A stretch of 63,980 bases of DNA, the filler included, from Hyphochytrium catenoides (taxonomy: Eukaryota > Protista > Hyphochytriomycota): the NCBI GenBank assembly GCA_900088475.1. It is 15 parts of 15 records of this genome, joined end to end, with 100 filler letters (N's around TTAATTAATTAA, not from the genome) between each part and the next. Parts side by side here need not be neighbours in the genome. Positions count along the whole stretch, not along the records: positions 35,511 to 49,215 come from FLMG01004439.1; 14 more parts are not named here. One strand, 5' to 3'. The notes under the pieces are model-generated. The model made no database searches and had not been told where the DNA came from. It saw only the letters and a list, made by a program, of their open reading frames with translations. Every line of letters starts with the position of its first letter. The stretch's first letter is position 1. Of this stretch, positions 37,074-49,315 are shown piece after piece. The position numbers and the translations under genes were made by a program.

Positions 37074-37642
37074 CTGCAGGGAGTGAGGGAACGGTACAAG
37101 CAAAGAAGGTCGACCAGCCGACGTCGAGAAAAGAGAGAACATTTGTTAGAAAGAGCATGAAGAGCTATAGAGGAACATTTGGATACTTAACGTGGAGCGG
37201 TACTTAAGAGGATTGGCCAAAGGTTCCCAGAGTGAGGGAAGAGGTGCGGCAGGGAGAGAGAGAGAGAGAGNNNNNNNNNNNNNNNNNNNNNNNNNNNNNN
37301 NNAGAGAGAGAGAGAGAGTAGCCCGAGACTGGAGAAAGAACATCAATGAGAGAGACAGAGCGAGAAAAGATGAGAGATGATAGGGCAGGCAATGAGAGCA
37401 GGAAGAGAGGAAGAGAGCAAGCGAACAGAAGAGAGAGAGAGAAGAGAGAGCGGACTCATCAGGCAGAACTGCCTCTGGGGGTTGTAAAATGAAGCAAAGC
37501 CGGCTAATCTTTGGCTAATTAAGAAGGATATGACTCTATATTAAGCGACAGAGGCGGAACATTGTCAGATCAGACTTGCAGTTCAGCCTTGAGAAGATGG
37601 CACTCGGAAGCTTTCTTACTCTCTCTTACCCTCTCTCTCGTT

Positions 37643-37681
<39 letters not shown>

Positions 37682-37983
37682 NNCTCAGAGGCTCAGTCGT
37701 CCTGCTTCCTTGCTGTCAGTCTCAGACGTAAAGAAAGAAACCAAGAAATAGAGAAGATGCAGATCTTCCGACATTGAGAGTCAGGCAGGACCTCAGAAGA
37801 TAAGGAAAGACAAAGAGAGGGCTAACTCAGTACCATTGCACGGGTGACTTGTCTCTCCTGGTCTTTCCGTGGCGAGAGGCATGGTCTCATGAACTGAAAG
37901 ACTTCTACTGAGAGGAGGAGGCACATCACCGACAGCTTGATGATCGGCTAGGCCTAGAAGCGATCTTCTTCTCGCACGCATCC

Positions 37984-38029
<46 letters not shown>

Positions 38030-38156
38030 GTCTCTCTCTCGCTCTCGCTCTCTAGCTGCAGCAACAGCAGAATCATATGGATTTGCCTATACGTGCTAAC
38101 AGAAGGTTAAACATCTGAGGCGAGAGCAACGCGTGGAAGAGAGGCAAGAATCAGCG

Positions 38157-41100
38157 ATGGAGAAGCCCTCAGGGATCACAAAGATTGAGCTAACCTACGG
38201 CTCAGCCCTCGCGCCGCCCGGGTTCCACCGTGTCACCACTCTGGGCGGCACTGCGGCCGACATCCTCAGCGGAGTCAAGGGCCGAACGCCAACCTATCTC
38301 TGGTACAAAGAAGGGTATGGAGACCTCATCACCGGCTTCTGCGTCGTCACAGGAGACTCGGTGCCGCCCCCGGGCTTCCAGAAGCTGGAGAAGAATGTGA
38401 CGAGAGAGGCCGAGACGCCAACTTATCTCTGCTTCAGTACCGCCACTGGTGGAGCAACAGGAGGGAAGAGAGGCATAAAGGATCTTCGGATACTCTATGG
38501 AGACGAGGCTCCTCCTAAAGACTTTGAGAAGATCCCAATGCCACTTACTTCAGAGGGAAAGACAGTCTTTCTCTGCTTCAAAGCTCTCTCGGAGAAGGAG
38601 CTGAAGGAGGAGAAGTGGACACCTGAGGCTCTCATTGAGGGAGAGCCTGTGGACGTGCGAGACTCTCTCGGCCGCTGGAGCGTTGGGACGGTAGTAGCTG
38701 TGGGCAAATCGACGCTCACCATCAGGTTCAAGGGGCGGCCCGCCAAGTGGGACGTCACAGTCTCCAAAGAGTCCACCACCATTGCCAAGCTGGGCACCTT
38801 CACTTCCGGTACGTTCTTTGCCTTTCTCGCTAGCTCTGTCTCGTCAAGCTCTTTAACCCTCAGGACATTGCTTCTTGTGCGCTCTGACTTGTGCTCGGGT
38901 TCTTATTCGGAGTTGTCTCACTCCTTGCGTTGGCCTCTGCGGGCACGGAAAGGGAACGAGCCATGAAATGGCGAAATATGCCATGATGTGCCGTTCTCTC
39001 CTTCATCGGTCTCCCATTGCTGTCTTCTCTTCGATTGGGTCCTTTGATACCTGCTCTTTAACCTCATCTCAGCCTTTAAGTCTAAGAGAAGACTTTGTAT
39101 TCGTCTATTAGCGTCCACCCAAGAGAAGAGAGTCAAGCCTGGCACGCCGTGGAACGTCAAGACAGAGGAGATCTCCGCCTTGATGGAGCGGATCGAAGAG
39201 AGCTGCGCCCCGGAAGTACCACTTGAGGAGAGAGAGGCCTTCTGGAGCGAAGAGCTGCCGGACATTGTGGAGAAATGTTTAGCGTCAGAGGTACCAGATA
39301 AGGCGGTGCACCCCAAGATAAACCTTCTGCTCCAGCGCGTGCTGTCTTCTCTCATCTCTGAGCTGCAGAAAGACACGCCACTGTCTGAAGTCACTCTGTC
39401 TCTCTTGAACAAAATCTTCATGGGAGATCCTCCTTGCACGTGGTTCTATTCTAAGTGCGGATGGGACGGGACGAAGGACGAGAACGGAGGGCAGGGAGGG
39501 GAGAAGTTCGCTTATGTACCCACCGTAGGACTTAAGAAAACTCCGGCGGTCTCACGCTTCTTCGTCTCCAATATGAACTTCTTTGGCAGGAACAAAGGCT
39601 ACGAGCTCCTTCTGTCTCGCCTCTCTTCTTCCTCTACTGTCGTCTCGTTTCGAGAGATCTCCACTTTGGTTCACATCATCTCCCAACAGTTCAAGTGCTT
39701 CACCTCGGCCTTTGTCAAGGACTTTGTGGCTCAGTTCCAGGCAGGAATTCTCTCTCGTCTTCTCTTCCTCCCAGATGAGGAGCTGAAGAAGGAGCCGCTG
39801 GGCCTGGAGCAGGTTGTGATGGAGCTGGAAGGGGTGATGACCCCCGCGATGAAGGCCCAAGAGGTGGACAAGCTGCTAGAACAGTTCAGCGTGGACATCG
39901 CTAAGCGGTACGGCTGCGTAGCTTGTCAGTTCTAGAGTTGTGCATGACTATGTTACTCTGGTGTCTGTTGTCTTCTTCCCCTTGCTTTTGCTCGTCTGCT
40001 CTATCTCTGTCTCTAAGCCGCGGTCACCCAGGTATTTGCTCTGCCCATTTCTGGGCAAGCGTTTGAAGGCTGTGAGCCATCTCTGCGCCATTATTGATTC
40101 GGTGAGAAAGGGGGCTTCAAGCAAGCCTTCCGCCTTCTCCTATTCCTCCTACACCACCCCATCTTCCTCTTCCTACCAAAGGAATGCAGTCAACGGCTCC
40201 AAGATCATCCATAGGCCCGAGGGCTCCTCACGCTGGCTAACCCGGGAGTGGTTCGCTAATTGGCTGTTGGAGGCACAGATCATGGAAATAGTGTTAGGCG
40301 ACAAAGCGCTACAAGGCACTCTTAAGGCGCCTCCTCCTCACTATGAGGTTATTAGAAGGTAACAGCGCGCGAGCTCCAGTTCTGCTTGCGCCGTCCACGT
40401 ACACGATAGGGGAGGGCCTCTATTGACTCCTTACTCGCTAGAGACAGACAATCGTGGATGCTTGCCCGCTCCTCTTTCTGTTTACTGTCTTATTTGGTAA
40501 GCTAGGATCTGACATTTCGTCACGCCATGTAGGTGTCAGCCCCTGATGGACTTCCTCATTGCCGAAAGGAAGTTCTCTAAAGAACATCTTTCTCTCTTAT
40601 GGTCGGCAACTGAAAGCCAGACGTCGGTGCACGCCCGCGGAATGTACAAGCTTCTTCTTCATGTTGCTCTAAAGCTTCCATGGGCCGCTGCCCTGCAGCT
40701 CTACCGTCTCCTCATTTCCATGCCGCCCAACTATGACGAGTTCTCGATCGATTTCATTAAAAGTATGACCCTTCTGGAGTCGGTGCGCCATAGCCGGCAG
40801 AGTACCTCAGGCTTTCTTCTGGAGAAGGCTCCGGAGGTCCCAGCAGACACAGGGAGGAAGCTTTGGGGCGTCGATCTCCTGCTGAAGGTTGTTATGGACC
40901 CGCAACAGCTATCAGAAGCGAATAGGAAGAAAGCCAAGGAAGCGTTAGTAGATATCCTGGCTAAACCTTTCTTTGTAGACAAGATGCTGGAGATTGCAGA
41001 CCTCTGCGTAGATAATGTTAGGGATGGAAGAGCCATTCTTCCCTCTATTAATGTGCTTGAGATGCTCTTCCAAAGGCTAGCGGCAGGAGGTGTAGGAGGG

Positions 41101-44100
41101 ACGAACGTGACTGGCAGTCTGTCCGCCCAGGAGACCCTTGTCAACCACCTTCAACAGCGTTCTGATCTTATTCATAGTCTAGTCCAGGGAATCTGCCATT
41201 TCTGGGTTGAGCCTAAAGAAGAAGGACGGCGAGGAGAACCACAGAAAGAGCGAATGGAGGCACCCGAAGAAGCCTCGTCGAAGTCTTCCGTAAAGCTGGA
41301 GGGGCTCCGGCAACGCCTTCGCTTCCTTCAGTACCTTGTAGAGCACGGGGCTGGCCATCTCTCTTTCTCCGAAGTTCAGCTTCTATGGCAAACCCTGGTA
41401 AGGGAGGAAGTGGGAAGTCCTCAAGCTGAGCTCTTCATGCAAGTTCTAGCAGAAATGGCCCAAGGAACTGTAGGACGAGGTGCGCTAGAAAGGAGACCAT
41501 GTCTCGAAGGAGACACGATCGAGAAGGTGCTAAAAGAGCTCTTTCTCTCACCTGTAACCTCTATCTTTGACTATCGCAAGGCGAACCTCAAGGGCTTCCA
41601 GTGTTTTAGAGAGTTCTTCCGGCTTCAGAATGTGGCAACCAAGAAGCTCACTGACACTTCAGCTCGGCCCTGGCATGTTGTGGAGCCCGACCTAGAAGGT
41701 CTCGAGGCTCTCTGGCGTCTCTGTCTTTATAATGAGAGCGACAAAGTCTTCCAGGAAGCAGCAGAACTTCTTCTCATCTGTAAAATGAGAGTTCAGAGCC
41801 AGGCCGATAAGGAAGCAGTATGGATGGCGTTCCTTCAGCGTTGCCTGGAGGAGGTTCGGCAGGCTCGGGAGAGTGATGGCACCTTAGAGAAAATGAAGCT
41901 TGAAAGGAGTCTCAACCTCATGTTCCTCTTTCTCTCAAACCTCGATACCGTCTGCTCTGAGCTCCAGGGATCCTCTGGGCCCTTGGGTCCAGACGAGCAC
42001 ATGCTGAAGGTCATTGTACGGCAGTCTGAGAGCGGTCCTGTGGTACGAGAACTGAAGCTGCCCGTCAAGCGATCCGAGGATGTTCGGAGCCTTCGTATTC
42101 GTCTCTCTCAACGATTGCGGCAGCCTCCTCAGCTGGTGCGCCTGTACAACTACAAGAGATCCCGCCTGCACTCTCCCTCACAAGATCATCTGCCACTCGA
42201 GAAGGCAATGGTCCACACATTCGTGGATGTTGTTTTGCTCTCACAGCCTGAGGCAGATACCGCTGGGATGGAGGTAGCGGCAGAAGCAGATGGAAAAGGT
42301 TGGCGTCTCCTGGGTTCACATCTGTTAATGGAAAACCTGACTGCTGAGACAAACTTCATGGTCCTTCTCTTCGAGCTTCTCACTGCTGAAGAAGGGAAGG
42401 TGAGCGAGATAGCCTGGAAGTTGCTAGCCGTCCTTCCTACCTTTCCTCCGCTCGTCCACGACATTCAGACCCTTAAGGGGCGGAGAGGAAGCACCAGGCA
42501 GGCAGAAGGGCTTTCGCATAAGGACTGGGACTCTCTGCTAGACAGTGGGTCGATCCTTAAGCTATTTTATCAGCTGAAAGTGGTTGAGAGTTGCCTCTCG
42601 CCCAGAGCCTCGGCAGCTTTCTCAGCAGCCAGTGGAGAGACATGGGCAGAGAGCTTCGTCCGCTTTGGAGGGTTCGCTCACCTCTATAGAGTGCTTATGG
42701 ATACTGAAGCGAGCTCAATTGCTGATAAAGCATTAAGGAGGAGTGCTCTTGCGCTTCTCCTACGCATCTTTCTCAAGCTCTTGGCGGAGACGAGAGAACT
42801 TGAGGCTCAGACGTTCATTCGGCCTCGTCAGCTTACCCACCGACTACTGGAGCTGCTAAAAGTGCTCACAGTGGCCATAGAGGCGGCCCATGACGGTGGA
42901 GAAGAGAACGAAGATGGGTCTGCCGGCATAGAGTCTCACTCTGCGCTCTTTTCAGGGTTCAGTTTTCCTCAAGTGTCACGGGCCTTCCATTCTACAGAGA
43001 AGAAAGAGGAAGAAGAGGCGAATGCTGAGCCTCTCGTACTCACCTTTCAGCTGCTGACCCGCCTGCTTATGGCCTCTAACGAGAGCTTAGAAGCCCTTAG
43101 ACAAGGTCCTCAGCTGGAAGGCTTCCTCATCCACTCACTTCTACAATCGAGGGAGAGGAAGTTGCGGGGCACTATATGTGGCTATATTCTGGAAACCTGC
43201 AGATACAAACCAAGTTTTTCAGGAGAAGAGCCTGCAGGTGCAGAACAAGTGAGCAAGAGCGCCAGCAACGGGTCGTTGGCGGAGGTTTTCATCTCTTTCT
43301 TGAGTGGCATTCTCCCTCTTGTCTACCAGTACGAGAGTCATTGCGAAGAATACTTCGCTCTTCTTTGTGAACTGCTTGAGGTGCAGGAGGCTCTTTCGTT
43401 CCAAGAGATCGAGCGCCTTGCAGTCTCTCTTTCGCAGAAGATTGTCCTTCATCCGGTCCTTGAGGCCTCAGTAACTGACAGCGATTTGATCCTGAGGGGC
43501 TTCCTCCAGCTTTTATCAAAGATGCTGGAGGTGGTTGATAAGAACAGTGATAAAGAAGAGAGTCGGTGCCTTCGAGAGGCGATCCGTGGCACTGGGCTGC
43601 TGAAGGAGCTTCTGGAGGGCTGTCTGTTCGCCATCCCTTCCACTTCTTTCCTCTCCGGAAGTGGCGAGGACCAGGAGAGTATCCCGCCGCCTAAGTGTAA
43701 AAGCGCAGAGTGTAGGAAAGAGGCCTATCGCCTACTTGCTGGCCTTTGTCTCCACCATGAGGAGATGTGCACAGTCACCGTGGTCTTCCTCCAGGGTCAC
43801 CACTCCCTAGTTCCTCCCATTCCCAAGGCAACAAAGATGTCCTCAACCTCTAGTGAGCTTGGGAAGAAAAGCAAGCTGCTGGCAGGTATGATACAGAAAG
43901 CTAAGAGCGAGACTGGGTATGTCGGCCTCAAGAACCTGGGGAACATCTGCTATATGAACTCCATTCTGCAGCAGTTCTACATGCTTCCCCGCTTCAGGCA
44001 AGAGGTCCTTGCTGCCCCTACCTTTTTGGAGGCTTCCAGTTCTCTCTCCAGCAATGATGGCAAAGGGCAGACTACTGACAACAAAGGAGGTGGGGACGGA

Positions 44101-47100
44101 GAAGCCCCTACAGCTAGCTCGCTGGTGAAGGGAAAATCTTCATCAACCTCTTCACATCTGGAAAGCAGTCTCTTTGACACGGTTCTTTTCCAGTTGCAGC
44201 TGCTCTTTGCTCATCTGCAAGAAAGCGAGAAACCGTATTATAACCCTAAGAGCTTCGTCCACGCCATCAAGGACTGGGATGGCAATCCAACGAATCCTTC
44301 CCTCCAGCAGGACGCCAGTGAGTTCCTTACCAACTTCTTTCAGCAGCTGGAGAGCCAAGTCATGGGCTCACATGCAGAAGATCTAGTCAAGAACAGCTTT
44401 GGAGGGACATTCAGTAATGAGCTGCTGGCAGGAGAAGGGAAATATTCTGAGAGAGAAGAGCCCTTCTTCTTTATCTCTCTTCAGGTGAAGCACAAGGCCT
44501 CTCTTCATGAGAGTCTGAATGCCTGGATAGAAGGAGAGATGGTGGATTACACCTGGGAGACCAAGGACGAAGAAAAGGGAGAAGGAGGGGTGAGGAAAGA
44601 GTCCCTACCCACGCAGAAGAGGATCAGCATCAAGGAGCTGCCACCCCATCTCATCATCCATCTCAAGCGCTTCGAGTTTGACTTTGACACGATGCAGCAG
44701 AGCAAGATCAATGACCGCTTTGAGTTCCCATCGAGCATCAACATGAAGCCATATACGAAGGAGGGAAGGGAGGAGAGACTGAAGAAGAGAGGGAAGGAAG
44801 TGAAAGAGAGCGGCGCATCCAATGCAGAGGAAGGAAAGAATGTTGGGGAAGAAGGCCCCGGAGAAGGGAGAGGCTCATACGATGGCTCAGAAGAAGAGTT
44901 TGAGGAGGAGAGCGCTCATCCTCCTGAATATTATGAGTACGAGCTGGCAGGCATCGTGGTGCACATAGGAACAGCGAACTCTGGTCATTACTACTCTTTC
45001 GTCAAAGAGAGATCGGGGATGAACCCAGGAGCGGAGATGGGAGAAGAAGAGGAGACAGAGGAGAGGAATGGCTGGTTTGAGTTCAACGATACGATCGTCT
45101 CCCACTTCGACCCACGCAGGATAGAGGAGGAGTGCTTCGGGGGCCCACCAGCAGGGAGACCAGGGGGCGCGGGAGGCTTCTCTCAGGGAGGAGGAAAGTA
45201 CTCTGATGGGACTGCCTCCTCACATCTGAAGCTGAAGAACGCGTTTATGCTGATCTACGATCGAAAGCCCTCTCAAAGGAAGAGAGAGAGCGAAGACGAG
45301 ACGCTCTCCAAACGAAAAAAGCCGTATCGTCGCTCTTCCTCTGTTCTTCCTGAACACCGCAACTCTGCGGCAGAAACAGAGCTGCTCATCCAAGAGCTGC
45401 TATCACGCCACAGGAAGAGGAAGAGAAAGGTCGCTGTCCGCGTCCCTCTTCCTCAGCATATCCTAGAGAGAATTCTAGATGAGAATTTGGAGTTCTGGAG
45501 AAGGAGGAACGTCCTAGACAGGGCATACTTTGACTTTATGGACGCCCTCTTCGACAGGGCGATGGAGGCGGACTGGAAAGGAGGGGAGGGACAGAGGACA
45601 AAGTTTGAGCTTGGGAAGCTCGGAGTAGTCTTTGCCTATGGGACGGTGCCGCAGACCCACGACTCCTCGCTGCTTTCTGAATGGGTAGACAAGGTTCAAG
45701 ACTTCTACCTTAAAAAGCCAGCCCCGTGCCAGTGGCTGCTTGAATACTTGGCAGAGGAAGCGAAAGCAGAGGATGGTAAAGGAGGGCTAAGACAGTTTAT
45801 TTTGAGGGAGGAGGAGGTCGCCAGCAAGGGTGCAGAGAGGCTTGCTGCCCTTGCCATGCGCGATGCGCCGGAGCAAAAGGTTCTGGAAGGGCCGGGAAGC
45901 ACACGTTCTCCACAACTCAAGGTGGCGATCTCTGCCCTGGAGCTGATGGAAGAGAGTGATGAGTACGCCGTACGCGTTGGGTCCATTATAGGGGAATATT
46001 GCGCCCGAAGTGAAGGTTCTCCGGCAGCTCTCTTGGCAGAAAAGCCTGAAGTTTTGAATGTCTTAGCCAGAACCTTGGTGACGGCCTCAAAGCAAACTGG
46101 CGGTGGTAGAGGGGGCACAACCAATGTGAAGCGGAGAGTATTCTGTCTCCACGGTGTGGTCAAGGCCCTTGCCTTGCTCCTATCTCATGAATACAGAGGA
46201 GCGCTGACAGAGGAAGCAGCAGCTTCATCTGGCTTACCGGGGGAGGGAAGCGGATTAGCCACAGGTGTCCACCCTTCGGAAGCAAAACTTGGAAAAGACG
46301 ACAAAGGAAGAGAAGAAGAAAGAATATATATTGCCCAGGAGAAAGAGATGCTCGCGAAACTAGAGGAGAGAGCGGATCTTCCGGCTTGGGTCCGCGAGAC
46401 AAGGTCTCTAGAGTCCTTAATAAATCAGGCACTATGGACGGACAATATCCCTCTGGTCAAGCAGATTCTCAGCCTTCTCTGTCGCCTCAGCCCAGCTCTA
46501 CAGCGCCAAGTAAAGGAGCTGGCGCTCAACTCCATTCAGAAGCTGGACTATGACAGAGTTAAGCCTTTCTTCCGCTGCCTAATGGTCCTTCTCTCTCTTC
46601 CTCCTGCTTCCCGTGCGGTAAGTGTTGGAGAGATAATGGAGCCACTGTTAGAAGTCATTGAAGGACAACAGCGCTTCTTTAAAATGACGGAGACCTCCAT
46701 TAACATGCTTCTGCGGATGGTCAAACACTGTCCTGGGGTCCGTTCCTGGCTTCAAGACCATGCGGAGTGGCTCCAGTGGGCTGACCTCTGGCTGACAAAG
46801 GCTTGGAACTCAGGAAGAGCCAGCCCTGGCGTTACTGGTGCACAGTTGCTAAAGAAGTCAGCTCCTACCTCTTTCTATATGCACCCTCCTTGCCCTCCTC
46901 CAACAGCCGCACAGACGAACAGACTGTGGCAGCATATGATGGGCAATGTCAAGGCGCTTCTCCGTGGATTAGAGCTTGTCTATGCTGCCTATAGCAGTGA
47001 CGACGACCCAGAACCCCTGCTTGGAAGGCGGATCTGCGTCAAATGGCAACACGAACAGTGGTACAAAGGCTCTGTAGTGCAGTACGACGCCCCTATGCGC

Positions 47101-47238
47101 TTGCATCACGTCCGGTACGATGACGGAGACTTTCGTAAGTACAAGATGTCAGAGAAGACGTGGGTCTTTGTGTCTAAGGAGGACGAGGAAGCTCCGAATG
47201 GAGCACCTCCGAAAGCTGTTCTATCATTGCAGGTGTGA
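38157..47238 (+). CDS. Large ubiquitin-specific protease (USP9/24/34-like) with N-terminal MABP and Tudor-like domains and a C-terminal Tudor-like domain; 4 exons, 2826 aa
   Basis: Exons 38157-38808, 39112-39907, 40032-40358 and 40533-47238 total 8481 nt in frame. Cys box GYVGLKNLGNICYMNSILQQ, QQDASEF, HLKRFEFD, His box HIGTANSGHYYSFVK, WFEFNDT. Confidence 0.93.
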
Positions 47239-47929
47239 GACCTCGACCCTGTCCTCCAGATAGCCAAGGCAGATCTTGGTCTTCTAGGCTGCCCTGGCAG
47301 ACATTGGTGCTAGAAAGGAGGTTGGGCACACATTCTCATTGTCTCCACAGAGCTATAAAGGAGAGAGAGAGAGCATTCTTGGATGTCCCGACGGCTCTGC
47401 ACCGTAGGCAGCATACAAATGCAAAGAGAAGGAAACAAGTATGACCATTTGCATGTGTTATTGCTTGCCTCTCTCTCGGTAGAGATTGTTGAAGAGACTG
47501 TGACGAAACATCGATCGCGATAGATCTAAGCCTTTACATCCTCAAGAAACCCGGGTACAGTCTGTCTACATCCTCTATAATGTGTCAAGCAAAGTCAGGC
47601 CAGCCCTTGTGAGCTGCGAGCCAATTGCCGGGAGGAGCATCTGAGAGTCAGGCTATTAGATCTCGATTATATAAGAAAATGACGGACATGTCCGTTGCCT
47701 CTTCAACTTCCTAGTTCCTCGCTAAACTAGTGGATGTTCCTCGCCGCTGGAGATGAAGGGTCTATAACTCTGTCAGCTCTGACTCTTCCTCTTGCGCTGG
47801 ATTTGGAGCGAGGGACAAGGGGTTATGATAGAATCTCAAGGCAGAGTCAGTCCCCGCTTATCGCCAGACCGATGTACCATCTGTAGAAGACGCTTATAAC
47901 AAAATGAGACAGCCAAGAATATATTAATA

Positions 47930-48900
47930 TAGCCTTATATTGCTAGCCCTTTGAGTTACCTCCCGAATCTTTGAGTTGCTATCCAGGGTGAATTCATTGG
48001 GACAATCATCAGGTTCGCGTCTCTTTGCTGCGGCTTGTTTTGCCATAAAATGAGGGACTTTCAGTTGCAGGAGGAGCGGGGCGGACAACAGCAAGTCAAC
48101 CCATCAGGTGCCTGATTGTCAGTTGAACTCAATGTCAATCACAGAGTGGGAGGACATCCACTCCCTAAGTTCCTTGTTGACACTTCTGTCTGCCTCACCC
48201 AAGTGTGGCACATCTCCATGAATGCAGTTCTAAGGTTTGACGAAGAGGAATGCGAGTCTTTTCAACTATGAGGGTGACGGCTACCACGACTTTGTCCAAA
48301 GAAGTGCAAATGAGAGTTCTGCCACCAATCGCAGCCTTCTGCTTGACCTCAAAGCTAGGACTGTCTCACCTAAGCTTTAGGTCCGCCAAACGAGCGAAGA
48401 GTCATAGAAGAGGATGGCGCATCGTGGAGGAAAGTCACAGAGCTCGGCTGAGCTACGGTTCTTTACTACTAGGACCAGAAGTTCGATCGTCTTTTCCATG
48501 GCAGCCTCTCCCAAGTGAGTCGTCACAGCTGTAACTGGCAGTGCCCAGCTAATTTTTCTTCTCACAGATGGAAACTACCTTCCAACAGGCAGCCGAAGAC
48601 TCATAATAGTAAGTACCCATCTACTGTCCGCCCTCTAATGCTGCTGCTACTGCTTCTCATTGTTGCACCTCCTACTGCTGCTTTTACACTGCTGCTGCTG
48701 TGACCTACGAGTAGGAGCTCTACAGCCTGATATTGGACCCTGAACGTGGGCCTAGAGCTGAGCCTGGAGCTGGTCCTGGAGCTGGACCTGAGGCTGGGCC
48801 TGAGGCTGTGGAGCTGGTGGATGGCGCGGCGGAAGGTGGGACAGCGCGCGCTCAAAGGGGAGAGAACTGTATAGCCAGAGGCTCTCTCTATTTGGGACAT
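47930..48900 (-). mobile_element. Probable degenerate non-LTR retrotransposon remnant (APE-like fragment), with a 12-bp tandem repeat near 48750-48815
   Basis: Stop-riddled minus translation IHGDVPHLGE...NKELREWMSSHSVIDI...WVDLLLS resembles the APE GDFN and IDY regions. Confidence 0.4.
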
Positions 48901-49315
48901 AATCGATCTATTGTCTTACTTATTACTAAATCTCTCTCTCTAATGGGGCCATTCTGACCGAACTGTATCTTTTGAACCTTTCAGAAGCATCCTTCACCTA
49001 CCCACCGGCTGGGAATTTATCTATATATCTCGGACTCTGTTTATTATATGTGACTTCATGTAGGTTGTTTAATGATATATCATTCAGCGCTGTCCTGCCA
49101 GAGAAAGAGGTGGCTCTTCCGACCACCCACCCCCATCATGAGAGAGTCCTGTCAGACCTTGGACCCACAGCCCCAGCAGCGTCATGAGCTCACCTCAGAG
49201 AGAGAGGGAGAGAGANNNNNNNNNNNNNNNNNNNNNNNNNNNNNNNNNNNNNNNNNNNNTTAATTAATTAANNNNNNNNNNNNNNNNNNNNNNNNNNNNN
49301 NNNNNNNNNNNNNNN

